A stretch of 64,000 nt of DNA from Mytilus trossulus. Its lineage: Eukaryota. The position numbers and the translations under genes were made by a program. Positions 38,013 through 51,952 of this stretch are shown here, piece after piece. The DNA lies in NCBI RefSeq assembly GCF_036588685.1, contig NC_086386.1, positions 33,170,001-33,234,000 on the forward strand, in the 5' to 3' direction. The notes beneath the pieces were generated by a model that saw only the letters and a list, made by a program, of their open reading frames with translations, did not search any database and was not told where the DNA came from. How positions within the stretch are numbered: the first letter of the stretch is position 1; each line of letters starts with the position of its first letter.

Positions 38013-39214
38013 ATAATATAGCATATGCTTAAATGATTTAAGTGTATGCTAAATTCGATATTTATGACCCTTATTCCGCGATATACGGAAATGACAAATG
38101 TCAAACAATCAAAACGAGAAAACTATCGACCTAATTTATGTAAATAAAACGACCGAAAACCAAATATGTATCACGTCAAAAAACGACAACACCTGAACTA
38201 AAGGGCTCCTGACTTGGAACCCAGGTATACTCATTTGCGAGTCATACCCTTTAAAATTTTAGCGCGGGATTATTTTCAAGATTTTGTATTTATCATCGAA
38301 GAAATCTTGAGGTTTCACAATCAACAGTTATAAGTATCAGGCCAAAATTATTTTTTTTTAAATCTTTTATTTTATTTTATGCTCCTTGTAAATGCCAATT
38401 AAGTGAATGGTTTTAAGTTCGAAACATGGACCAATATTAACTTAATAACGGAAAACCCAATAACAGCAATAAAAATATAAATTACCAGGAATTTTTATAA
38501 ATCAAGATTTTACTGATAAGCATTTTTCAATTTGGTTGTGATATAGAAACTACCACCAAGCATCAAGTAAAATCCCATAATTAATGCACGATTCATTAAT
38601 CGTTGGTTATTGAAATCGAAAAATAATTTGTTATCTAATTATGTCCTATATCTTTTGATGACAATGAAAAGTAAACATTTTTCATCGTGTCCGATTATGA
38701 TGATCACACTGGACTGTGTCCCTTGATAGAACTATTCCGAGAACTGTCTATTGAAAGAAATGAAAACTAATATAAAAACTTCCTAATTGCTTTATTGCTA
38801 ATAGAAACTATTAAATGATTCGCCACAGAACAATTACCAATTCAAATGATAGAGAATATGTAATTCTAAGAAGAATTGATATTTATTGCAATTCTGAGAA
38901 TCGAATATCCGTATTCAACACCATTTTTTTTAATAATCTTGAGTCATTGACTTGGTTTCAGTGTGATTCAGATCACTCTATCTTTGTTTTTAATTAGCGA
39001 AGTACAGATTTGAATAGAATGTATTTAGCAAAGCATATTGACTGTAAATTGTAGAACTTTACCGATTATATAATTAACAGCCAAAGTCATAACATAGGTA
39101 TCAACATTTATAGAAATAACATGCTTAAACAAAACTGATTTATGAACATATACTTGAAGAAAACAAGTATTATTTCAACGTAGTATAACAGAAACAAATC
39201 AACCAAAAATACAA

Positions 39215-40197
39215 ATGGTAGACAATTCTTCTACTAATACAACAAGTGAAAAAATGTTTTTAGATGAAATTTCTTCATGGCTGTGGAAAGTACTTGCGCC
39301 TATAATTTTTTCATTTGGAATAATTGGAAACATTCTTATAGTTTTTATTCTTATCAAAATGGAATTCTGGAAGAAACTCACATATACTTTAATACTAGTC
39401 TTAGCTATTTCCGATATGATGGTACTAGTAAGCGGATTATGTCGACGATTCATTTTAGAAATATTTGAGTTTGACATTAGAACAATATCCAATATAGGGT
39501 GCAAATTTTCGTTATTCTTTGTATATTTTTCTATGCATATTTCATCTTGGACTTTAGTCTGCCTTTCAACTGAGAGATTTATCAGAGTAAAATTTCCTTT
39601 AAAATTCCTTGCAGGGAACATATCTACAAAGCTCATTTTATCATACGTCATCATTTGTGTTCTATTTGTTCTACTCGATTCTCATTTTTTCTGGACAAAT
39701 AGTTTAGTTATTTCAGGCAATAGTAAACATTGCAATAACACGTCCGAAAATTATTTCCAGTTTGAAGAACGATACTTTTCAATAGTAGACATGCTAGTAT
39801 TGTCTGTGATTCCATGTGTTTTGATATTTCCAATGAATATATCTTTCTGGATAGTTCTAAGGAAGTCTCGAAAATTTCGCTTAAACAATATGCAACGAAA
39901 CATGAGAAATGTTCGCCTTGGAAAAAACAAATTTGATGAACGAGGTAAAACGTTAACAACAATGATGTTCCTCACCAGTATATATTTTCTAGGAGCAACC
40001 TTGCCGATATCTGTTTTGTTTATTGTGGACTCATACATTCGACAAGACTTACTTACCAGTTTTATGGTCTCTAAGTTGAACTTTGCAACGTCTTTGTTTT
40101 ACTTATTACAGTATACAAACTATTCTGTTAATTTCTTCATCTATATAACTATAAACAGACAATTTAGAAAGTGGCTTCCATTTCATACTTTGCTAAG
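39215..40197 (+). CDS. GPCR4 exon 1: orphan 7TM receptor, closest to GPCR3
   Basis: GIIGN, LAISD, GCK, STERF, ATLP, NYSVNFFIY. Donor AG|GTAAGC at 40198. Confidence 0.92.
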
Positions 40198-41470
40198 GTA
40201 AGCTAAGTTTCTATTTGGTATCTGCATGAAGGGTTTATATATCATCATTCGTGTATGTTAATCAATGAGTTTGAATGTCCTTCTGGTATTTTTTATCCCG
40301 CGTTGATTTTATGTTGTCCTCCGGCTGGTTATATACGAAAAGTATTCTTTGACAGCTATATTTTTTTTCTGATGGGAATATTTTAAAATGATGAAATATA
40401 GGTCAATAAAATCAATAAAATTATCTTAAGTACACTGAATCCTAAAACAAAAGAACAAATCGTAGCCTAAATGTTCATAATAAGCAAAATAAGGAGTTAA
40501 ACACGCTTATAGTTGGATGCATTTTAAAAAAAAATGGTTCCAATGTGTGATCATCATATATACTATGGGTTACGTTGCAGTTAACATGCTTTAAAAGGAC
40601 AAATGGGTCTATAAATGTAAACACTCGAACAAAATGTTGATGGTGATATAACATACTTGCAAAATAATGAGTAATGGAACTTTTTAAACGATTTATTTAG
40701 TTTTATTTTAGACAAAAACACACTTAGTTATGTGCAATGGTTCCTGGCAAGAAAAAAAGCAAATTAACGTCGATGTTACTACAATGTAATTGAAAATATA
40801 CAATATGTAACTTATTCTAAGGTTAGATATAACATGAATGAAAAGTTTTAAAAATACCATTCAAGCAACATACACACAGACAAACACACACATAAACCCC
40901 CTCCCCAAACACATGAAAAACACATAAAGTTAAACATCCGGTAGTCAAAAATCAGTGTTAACAAGGACCATGGTAGATCTGAAATGTACACCAAATATTT
41001 GAATGTAAAAAAACCTAGTGGTATAAGTGTGTCTTTTAAAAAAAATCTGTTTTTTTTGTCATCTTGAAGTTTTTTAAAGACTGATAAAGGTCTGGTGAGT
41101 TGCTTGTCATAAACATATTTGAGTACAATCATAAAAACTTGCATACACTCGAAAAAAAAAAATGGCAATGTGAACACGTTCAGATAACCTGCGCAGAAAT
41201 TTGACACTTATTTTAAATTGAACACGATTCTTGGTTTGAAATATTATATGTTCATAATAGTATTTGAATGTTTCTCAAATAATTATAAAATCAAAACTAT
41301 ATGTTAACTAGGCTGTTTACAGATCACGTTGATTATTCATTGTTTAGGCTTACTTATTTTTTCGATTATTCTACTAAATCATGTAAATGTAGAAAATATA
41401 AGTATTGCAGTTGTCATGATCGGAGCAATGATTAACCACAGTTATCTTAACATCTTTTATTTTTTTTTAG

Positions 41471-41588
41471 AAAGAAGCGACTCAAACACGTAACAGTCAC
41501 CTTAATTTCGCTAACTGATTCATCTGATTCGATGAGGGCAGAACGTATAAATATTAGACACGACATAGTCGATGGAATTAAACCGTGA
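41471..41588 (+). CDS. GPCR4 candidate exon 2 (C-tail)
   Basis: Strong polypyrimidine acceptor ttttttttag at 41470. Phase 2 gives KKRLKHVTVTLISLTDSSDSMRAERINIRHDIVDGIKP*. Confidence 0.5.
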
Positions 41589-44280
41589 GTGAAGGAGAGC
41601 ACAACATATTCGAAGATAAAGATTTGTAAATATATTATCGACATTTATGTATGAATTTGAAATTGACAAGCACATCTTTCGTCATAACCTATATGTAAAT
41701 TTAGATCAAAGTATTATCATTTTACTAAGCACAAAATGTTATTTTGAATCTTTTTAATTGAGATTTATCGTATTTTTACTCTAAAGATATATTTGGATAT
41801 CTTTAATTGATTGTTCATTACATTATTGTCATTCATTTATATTCCTGTTTGTAATGATGATTTTGAATTAAATGTATAGAGTTTCATATATATTTATTAA
41901 AATTAATGTTTGTTTATATATGAACATGCATATATTTTATAGGATGAAGCGAAAAATACATCATATTATTGAATGTTTTTATCTTATGGAAATGAAGAAA
42001 ACAAGATATATATTGTTTTATACCTATCAATTCTAAGTGAAATCATATCAATAAAGGTTTATAAAGTCGTCACATAATAACCTTAGTTATTCATATTTCT
42101 ATTTTCCATTTTGTGAATCAATATTATTCTATTATAATAATCAAACATTAGGTTTTGGTCATTCTTTTCTAAAGACTAAAACAACATTAGTTTAAAAGCA
42201 TACTTTTTAGAACTTGTGATTTCTATCTATAGTATCCATATCCCTTCTTAAAACAAGTTATTTGTATAAAAAATTAATATTGGATTTATGAAACTCTATT
42301 TGACTTCTTTAATATATGTGTTTTATTGTATGGAGAGGAGCGATATCATTCTTTTTATAAATTCTAACAGAAATCTAGAAAGTACCCGTAACACATTATC
42401 ACTCTTTTAATTGTTTGGTTGTAATTATTAAGAAATAGGTTGAAGAACCTCGTTAGATAAAAAGACTAATTACAAATAAATAATTATGTATCGTGCATTA
42501 AAACTTGCAATAAACATCTTTAATATGCCTCCAATCCATCATGAACAAAACTTTAAAAATGAGATAGGAAAACCCAGAACACAACTTGGACCTAGTCCTG
42601 AGAATACGTTGAAATTCGTAATTATTATATTCAATTACACCTTATGAAAGAATCCTGTATTTTGATTGGTTGATAGCTAGTGTATTTTTCACCAATTTGC
42701 TGTTATAAAATGAATATCGTTCATTTTTTAACGCCGCCGGGGTATTTGCCAAAAGGATATAGCTTTTTTACACTCTCTGCAGTAGTATTTGCCAAAACAT
42801 ACTCTATCCAACTATACGCTTGTAACGCCACAATCATCAATGCGTTTTTGAACATTGACATACGGTGTTTTTAAACAGATATAGATAGCATGTTCTTGGA
42901 GGGTATTTGCAAAAAATACATGTCTTAAGAATTAATTTCCCTCGATTGACGGCTCGCGAAATTTAACATTCTCTCCACCTTGAAACCTTCAACAAATAAC
43001 ATTTAATTGCACTCTTAAATAAAAGTGTTTAGCGAAAGATGATTCGAACGGTCCATGAGTGCGTGTGGTCAAAAACTTATGTGTCTGTCCTGATTAACGA
43101 GTACACTTATTGTTGTCCCAGTACAAATACTGTCTCAAGGCAGGTCCACAATGCATTCATTTGATTATAATGATTCGCATACTCTATTCCATTCTAACAT
43201 GCACATCTGAATTAACATTTACAATTAGGTGAGGCGAAACTGTGGAATTCTAACTAATTTATTTGCTAATCTTCTTCATCTTTCGTGTGTAATCTTTACA
43301 AGATTAGGCAAATGCCTCATCATTCTACACAGTTTAATTGATAAGTGAGTGTTACTTTCAACTAATTTATTTAAAGACATGAATGTATTTACTTCTGTAC
43401 ACGCTCAATCAATCTTTGCAAAAGCATCCGCATCAGTAGGTAGATATGTAAATTAATTATTCAAACCATACAATTATCTAATGTTGCAATACAAATAAAA
43501 GCATTATCAGTGGAGGCAATCATATGATTTCTAAATGGGAGTCTAAAAAATATTTGTGAAGTAAAAAAGTTGAATAGACGAAAATTAAATGGATGCGTAT
43601 ATTACGTCACACTAACCTTACATACTGATATCAACATGACATACGTCTCTTGTCATGTATCGTCAGAAAATGAAACACATCACTTTTGTGATGAAATTGC
43701 CAATATAACAAGAAGCACACATTTTGGCATGTGTCAAATTCTAGCTCAGGAAACACTACTAAAAATGGCCATGTGGTCCAATACTCAAATAACAAACAAA
43801 AAAAGATGGCGATAGTATCATTCACAAGTGATTACTGGTGTCTTCTAGAAGTTTAAAAGAAGCTTGATCCATCTGAGAGAAGGAATGATCCCCTTCTTTA
43901 AAAACAAATCGAAAATATGCTTCTTATTTTGGAAGTAGAAATAATTGTTATCCATGTCAACGTGATGAAAAGAATTATATTTCTATGAATATGTTACAGG
44001 GCATTAAGTGATTAATGTGTCTTACAAAGCACCGCACTTGATTGAGTTTGGAAATCAAAAATCACTCTTATATGCATGTACGTCTAAGTTTGTAACGAAA
44101 AAGAAATAGGAATATTTGATGTTTTTTTTTTTTAGTAAAAGATATTTTTTTTTCGTTTCTAGTATCTAATTGATAAAAAAGCCTTTACGCGTAGCTGGTA
44201 TAGTATACCATAAGTTCAACAATCAATTAGTGGACAATCTGAGGATTATCTATAAACGATAGACGACCATCATTTTATTT

Positions 44281-44592
44281 AAGGAATGGTTGAAATATTT
44301 TTTTCTGTCTATGAAGAAATAACATAAAAAATTTGGCGCACACTGAATAACGCGCGTAACGGGTTATTTTACAGTGTGCACATTATTTTTTATGTTATTT
44401 CGAATATTTCGAATTTCGAAAAAAAAATTACAGTCATTTCTTATAATTTAATTCTAAATTCCATTTTAAACCGTAGAAAACCATAAAAAAACGTTGATGA
44501 CGTCACGGTCACATGACTAAATTATGTATATGGCCTCATAACAACATAACGTCAACCAATCAGAAGACGCGTTACATCCAAAATTGAATTAT
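44281..44592. mobile_element. Long-palindrome non-autonomous element
   Basis: Imperfect palindrome at 44281-44442. ATAATTTAATT at 44443 is mirrored by AATTGAATTAT at 44582. TGACGTCA and CCAATCA motifs lie inside. Confidence 0.6.
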
Positions 44593-46443
44593 ATATCAAT
44601 GAAAGATATACCTATTGGTATAAACTTAAACATAAAAATATGAGATGAAATAAATTCAATGAAACACAAAAGATTACCTAATGGAGAAAAAACGCGCGAG
44701 GGGGGGAGGGATTGGTGATAAATGAAAACATCAAAAGAATACTTAAAGGGCATTATCTACAAGATCGTCAGTCATCTCGTTTGTTAGTTAGATGGCACCT
44801 AGTAAAAAAAAAAAGGAAATCTATTTTAGGCTATTTTCAAACATTAGTGTGTTGTTAAAAGTCAAATACAAGAAGTAGAGTAGAATCGGTAAACATACTT
44901 TTGACATCTAATGCACTTTTAATGTGAACTGTTTAGCAACAAATCATGCAAAGTAATTATTAGTACTTCTAGGAACATCATTGCGGAAGTGATTTTGTAA
45001 CATAATTTGTTTACACTACCATATAGATAACCTTAATCAATTAATAAATCCAAACATTAAATCTGTTACAGTATTATCTGATGTTTCAAATTCAATTAAA
45101 TTCCACAATAAAAGTATTACAAAACTTGCCATCAATAACTGGCGTCATAATTGGTCTAGATGAATATAAAAACCTTTATATTCTTGATTACAGTACAGAT
45201 TTATTTAATCATTTCTTATTTGTCTTTTAATCAAATTCTAATAAATATGCCAATAAATTGACAAAGTAGCGACTGTTTCCGCTTTTGGCTTGAAACATCA
45301 GAAAAACAAAATGACATATTTGAAAACTTATCTTAAATAATTCAATTTACAATTCAAAATATGTATGACATAAAAGCCAGATTATTCGATTTCAATGGCT
45401 TTATAAAAAAAGAAACAATGTTCTTTAACTTTTTTGCTTCAGTGATTGATGCACTTTGTCCCTTTATTCTCAAAGTTATATTTCTCAATTTCTTTTCTCT
45501 CTCATTTGAATTGATTATGAATATGTCTTTCTCATGCAAAATTTTGTCCTACTTCAGATTGATTTAAGTTTTATAAACTCTTCAATGTTTATAAGAGGTT
45601 TTTTGGTTTTTAAATATTTCGTTCTTGAGCATCAATTAAGAAATTTAAATGGACAAAATGCATATCTCGTGTAGTTAAATTGATTTATGTTATTACGATA
45701 AATTAGTGACGTAAGCAGGTAGTTTAAATTAAAATAATAACTAGTAAAATGTTTTTGAAAATATTCGATGTTTAATTACACATTAAACATTAAAAATGCA
45801 TTAAACAAACTTTTATGATATCAAATTCCATTAAAGTTATTAAGAGTAAATTTGCCTTTTTGTTAATCTTTTGAACATGTTTTTACATTAATGCATTGTT
45901 TTTCTTTTATCAGCTTAATCAATCACATGCATACAGATGATATGATTTTAAACTTTTACTAACCAAAATTACTAGTTTATTTTTGACCGCATTATCTAAA
46001 AAAAAATGCACTCGGTTAATTTCTGCATTTTCATCTGTACCTTTATTCTCTTGGTAAATATGAATCCCTCGTGTTTTCTTTTATTTTTCGTATGAGTGTA
46101 AATGTCCCACTCATCATTCTTCGTGTTTAAATGTGATTTCCTTCAATACTAAGAGCCTATTATATTAAACACAACGATTCCATCATGGGATTTTATTAAC
46201 ACAACAAAACAACGTATATAGCTGGTTTGTTTTAATAATGAATATCAGGTATGAATATACATATTTTAGGAAGAAATTCATTAAAAATGCAATTTGCACT
46301 AAGGATTTGTATTCAAAATGAATAATAAAATTTGTTCAATTCTAACACACAGTGTTATCAATATAGTTTTCAATATGAATATCAAAACAAAACTTAAAAC
46401 AGTTATATGTTGTTAAGGCTGAATAGGCAAAACAGCAACATTG

Positions 46444-46564
46444 TTAAATAGGATCAAATCCAGAAGACTGCGATATGGCAGGTGGTTTCTGTTCACTCTC
46501 AGTCGGTGATGTAACAAAAGATACTTGTGTTGTACTCACAAATCGACTGCCTCTTCTTGTCGGT
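46444..46564 (-). CDS. Second, intact copy of the GPCR5 tail exon (alternative last exon or orphan)
   Basis: Same acceptor (ttttactttccag) and the same 121-nt length, reading PTRRGSRFVSTTQVSFVTSPTESEQKPPAISQSSGFDPI*. It lies within a duplicated block, about 46093-46780 versus 49540-50225. Confidence 0.5.
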
Positions 46565-48207
46565 CTGGAAAGTAAAATGGAAATGTTAAATCCTCCAGAA
46601 GAAGTCAGAAATTAATAAACGCATTTCATTCCGAGATAATTGAGCATTTGAAGCATAGTTACTTTCGCAATTGAATTGTTTCATACTTTTTATTGGAGAG
46701 GGGGGGGCTTAATAGCCAACCATACGAAATGGGGGTTTCTCATTGTAAAAGCCACACGATTGCCTTTAATTTCTTACATCCTCTTTATTGCAACAGCAGA
46801 CAAGGACCGCGTGAAACAAATCAATTATTAGAGAAGTGCACGAGGAGTGTGTGTCTGTAACATGAAAAAAATTACGAAACATAGAGAAACGTCACAGGAA
46901 AAAATCTAGAAATTGTATAAAATTCAAGATTACTTTCTAATTATGTTATTTGATGTATTAACAACATTACTATTATAGAATTGTGTTAGTAATAGGGAAA
47001 TAATTCCTTCAAATCAATATCCGATCAGAATTGCAAGTAAAACTTCGTAACTTAAAATATGAACAGTGGATAGACAAGTACCGATCCACGTCTTATAACA
47101 ATGAAAACACACACTCTCAAAAAGTTTAACAAGAATAAAATTGCGCCCTCTATTGGCCTATACTTATCAAACCTAATGTAGCAATCGAAGATATGTCGTA
47201 GATTTGTGGAATATAACGAATGACATTATTCGGGTTATAAAACAGTCATATTCTGGATAATCATTTAACCAGGAGTGAAGACGTCATTTCTAAAATCCAA
47301 GATGGCCGCCATGATTGGATGATTATTTTTCGCGGCTACCCCCTATTATGATTACATACACCTAAAGGCATGTTCTTACAAAGTGTCATGCTTGTATCAC
47401 CATTTGCATGATTTGTGTGGTAAGCTGCTTAACTAATATTTACATCTAAAAAAAAATGCACTCGGTTAATTTCTGCATTTTCATCTGTACCTTTATTCTC
47501 TTGGTAAGTATGAATCCTTCGTGTTTTCCTTTATTTATTTCATTTCATTTCTATTTTTTTTTCAAAGTTATAGCATTTAGTATGGTTTTTTGTGAATACC
47601 AGTTCAATTGTAATCTTATTTTATTCTTTATCATTTCGTATGTAAGGTCCGTGTGCATAAGGCACCTTATTTGTTTAAAAAATTATGAAAAAAAAAGGAT
47701 TTTATAAGATTTTGAAATATGGCTTTTTATACTTAATGAAGTATTATTATAAAAAGTAATATAGGGGTTAGTGGGCATTTGTTTAAAATTGCAATACATG
47801 GATAGAACAAGAGGACTCTGAAAATATATCAGAAATTGAAAACATAGAGGAGCAAACATCCTTGATGTAAAAGTGCTTGACTAGGGCTGTTTCGTTTTGT
47901 ATTCATCCATTTTTAACATAATTTACAAAAATGCGGATATTTCTTCCTCTTTTCAAAATCGGGTGTTGTTTTATAATGTTCCAATTTTTAACTAAATTTT
48001 AAAGAAATGTTTACTATAAACCTATATTCAGATAGCAAAACTGATAGTAAGAAAAAAAATGATTAATTTTAGGTGTAGATATATAGTACTGACGTATCAA
48101 TTGTCCGAAGACTAATATTTTGTCTAACCAAATTGGTTAACAGAGAGACACCAAATGATAAATAAAAGTTTTTTTATTTGATACACTTCTATTTGAATAT
48201 TATTATT

Positions 48208-48745
48208 TACATAGTGTGTAAGTGATCTAAAAGTGATCTAAAACGATATATACGAGGTCAGTATATTCCATATGGGTTGAGAGCAAAGTTTAAACCCAAT
48301 AGGGGATTTACTGACCCCGTATATATCGTTTTAGGTCACTAAAACACTTTGTAACGTATTTATCTTACCGACAATCTTTTTTTGTCGAAATTAGAGAAGA
48401 ATTGTCTCATTTACAATCATACCACATCTTCTTATTTTATTTTAAAGTGTGTAAGTTTTCAATTTTAATAACCAACTTTCACTGGTCTGCACACAAAACT
48501 AATGTCAAACAATAACAACTTAATATCAACAACCTTGAAAAACCAATATTAAACAGAACTTTCAGTACATTTGAATAATCAAATAATGCCAAAGTCGTAG
48601 CTCCACTACAAATAAAGGCAAATAAATAAATTATTTTTCGAAAAAAGCCCCGTCTCCCTACTAACCCAATATGGCATATACACGGTCTCCTGGTAGACGC
48701 TTTTAACCAATCATATTCCTAGACATGTATAGGAGGTAAGATAAA
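48208..48745. mobile_element. Long-palindrome non-autonomous element
   Basis: Imperfect palindrome at 48208-48353. TTTATCTTACC at 48359 is mirrored by GGTAAGATAAA at 48735. CCAATCA lies near 48707. Confidence 0.62.
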
Positions 48746-49898
48746 AAAAAAAAATAACCCATACAGATTGTTGATCTGTGGAGTTAAGCCCTTTTCAATT
48801 GATTTTTATGGTTTGCCATTATGTTTTACTGTAACGTGATTAAGGATATGTTTGGCGCCAGCAAACACAGTTAACCCACTGTATACTTTGTGTTCCTGTC
48901 CAATTTGGGAGCTCGAAGTTCAAATGTTGTCATTTGTTCATGTTTGTCATATTTTGTTTTCGTTTTTTTGTTTTGCATGAATTAAGCTGATAAATTTCTC
49001 AATTGAATTGTATCATATTTTTCAAGGCGGGACATAACTATCTGACTTAACAGTATGATTTTACTTCGAATGCCGTAATCTGTTCATTATTACTTATATT
49101 TGCAACAAATGAACGTTGGTGGAAGTTGTCCTTTTATGCAATCATGTCACATCTCAAGATTTTTATACTGACAAATACATGTTTAGTTCCGTAGATTTCG
49201 AGGCCATATCAACTGTTATCTCTTTGTTTAAAGGTTTATTATCATTAAATGATAGTTTCACTACTATATTATATGACTCTACTAGTGTCAAAATTATAGT
49301 CTGAAAACCGTCCTGTCTATGCAGTTTATTTTGAGAGGCCTGTTTGACAAAGAAATGTTCAATAATGGATATCACATGTGTAGCAGGATCTTCTCACACT
49401 TCTAGAGCACTTAAGATTCTCCCAAAATTTTGTGGTGTTCTTGTTCAATCTTAAGTCTAGTGTGTTGTGTGTTGTGTTTTGTGTCTTATTGTTTTTTTTG
49501 TACGTTTAGTCATGACGTTGTCAGTATATTTTAGACTAATGAGTGAAAATGTCCCACTGATATATGTCACCATTCTTCGTGTATATAACTGATTTCCTTC
49601 AATACTTAGAGCATATAATATAAAACACAACTATTTCATCATGGTATTTTATTAACACAACAAAGCAACATATATAGCTGGTTTGTTTTAATAATGAATA
49701 TAAGGTATGAATATACATGTTTTAGGAAGAAATTCATTAAAAATGCAATTTGCACTAAGGATTTGTATTCAACATGAATAATAAATTTTTTTCAATTATA
49801 ACACACAGTGTTATCATATAGTTTTCAATATGAATATCAAAACAAAACTTAAAACAGTTATATGTTGTTAAGGCTGAATAAGCAAAACAGCAATATTG

Positions 49899-50019
49899 TT
49901 AAATAGGATCAAATCCAGAAGACTGAGATACTGCAGGTAGTTTCTGTTCGCTTTCAGTCGGTGATGTAACAAAAGAGATTTGTGTTGTACTCACGAATCG
50001 ACTGCCTCTTCTTGTCGGT
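49899..50019 (-). CDS. GPCR5 exon 2 (proximal C-tail exon)
   Basis: Acceptor ttttactttccag at 50020, phase 2, reading PTRRGSRFVSTTQISFVTSPTESEQKLPAVSQSSGFDPI*. The joined protein is 388 aa. Confidence 0.75.
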
Positions 50020-50906
50020 CTGGAAAGTAAAATAAAAATGCTAAATGATTAGGAACGGATAAACGCAAGTCAGTCCGAAATAATTGAGCAATACAATCAT
50101 ATTTTTTTTTGCAATTGGATTGTTTCATATTTTTTACGGCGAGGCCTTTTATAGCTAACAAAACGGTGTGGATTTTTCTCATTATTGAAGGCCGTACCTT
50201 GGCTTCAAGTGCTTACATACAATTTATTTAAACTTTTGTGGGAGTAGTTTCTTTTGCCAATATACCTTATCTCCTTATTTTTATATAATGTTTTTTTCAT
50301 TTTTTTGCCTGTGATTACTTTGTGACTTTTGCGGTTTTTTTCCTTTAGATCTTGGCATAAGCGTATTTATAGCTGACGAGAACAGTGTATTTTCAGTGTA
50401 TGCTGCATTAAGTTATTGATTAAAAAAGAAAACTGATGCCCATGTATATTTTGTTGTCTCATTGATTTAGACTGAAATGGTCGGAGGATGAAACACGGTA
50501 AATCCTGACCCTTATGATGTTGTTATCCGGGGGTCAAATATGTTGAAATAATTATGTTTTGGTTTTATTGTTTTCGATTACTGACTTTTTAAGGATTTTC
50601 TTATGCATTCTTTTATTTCTAATTGCATCTGCTACAGCGGAGTTAAATCAGAAAGTCACCACAATACCAATGTTTCTTCTATAAAATTTGAGTATGTGTT
50701 TTGTATTTATTGAATGCCAGGCATTTTGAAAAAATCATAAAAAACAAAAGCACATTAATTTATAAGAATAATTTGTTCCCAAACTTTATTTAATAATCAA
50801 ATTAAAAAATCAATCAGCGAAGAGAGGTATTAATGATAATTGTATAATATTTATAGTGATGGAAAACGTTTTTTGCTATTCACTTCGCAATACGTGTATG
50901 ACTTAC

Positions 50907-51952
50907 GTTTTGTTGACGATACAGCAACATATCTCTAGGAATGCTCTTTTAAATGCCGTGTTTGTTATCATATACAGGAAAAAATTTACAACATAATTTG
51001 AGAACATAAATAGATATGTCATCGCCCAGGCGACATCCATCTTAGCAAGTGTCAGATCATCCGCATCAAGAGCTAGATATGACTCTGTTATAAAATATAC
51101 AGACACGGGAACTGTCGCTACTAGAAAATACAGACTCGTAAAGAGAATCATGTTGGTTAACGCTCTGCTGAATTTTCCGAGTTCTTTCCTAGTTGACTCA
51201 TCAGATACCGATATTTTTCTTAATTCTTTAGATTCCATCAAAACCATGTTAATGAAAATGTTCATTATTACCATTGCCACGAAAGGGAAAACTGAAAGTA
51301 CAAATAGATCAACGTAAGTATAGATAAATTCCTCAAACCAGAAATATGCTGTAGTGGTTGCCTCACAAGATAGTTCTCCTTCTAGATCAACCAGTCCTTG
51401 GGTTTCAAACCAGAAGACATTCAGACCAGTCAACAGAAATAATATACATATTATTAAAAAAATAGTCTTCTTTATTGAAACGATCGTATGGTATCGAAAT
51501 GGGAATCGTGTTTTCAGAAATCTTTCAAACGTAATACAAACCAGTATCATTGAAGAAAACTGCATGGACGTGTATATAACGAATACATTAACCTTGCATC
51601 CGATATTTGTTACAGATCTGAGATCGATGTTAAACACTTCCATTGTCCAGTATCTAGTTGGGCCAACACATAGAACTGTGATGTCTGCCAATGCAAGCAC
51701 AAACAGAAGTATATATGTAGGTTTCTTCCAGAATTTTAATTTTGCGAGCACTGCGACAATGGATATGTTGCCAAATAGTCCAATTACTAGTAGTACTGGC
51801 GACAAAATTATCCACAAGTAGCTTGTTGTTTCTTGTAGAAGAATAATGGTGTCGTGATTATTATCAGATGCGTTTTGACGCACTGAATTTGATACATTAT
51901 GATTTCCAAGCTCGGGTGCCTGAGTGGAATTGGAAATAACTGTCGTATTCAT
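50907..51952 (-). CDS. GPCR5 exon 1: orphan 7TM receptor
   Basis: GLFGN, LALAD, GCK, TFERF, FPF, ATVP, NYVVNFFLY, CCC after helix 8. Donor AC|GTAAGT at 50906. Confidence 0.93.
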
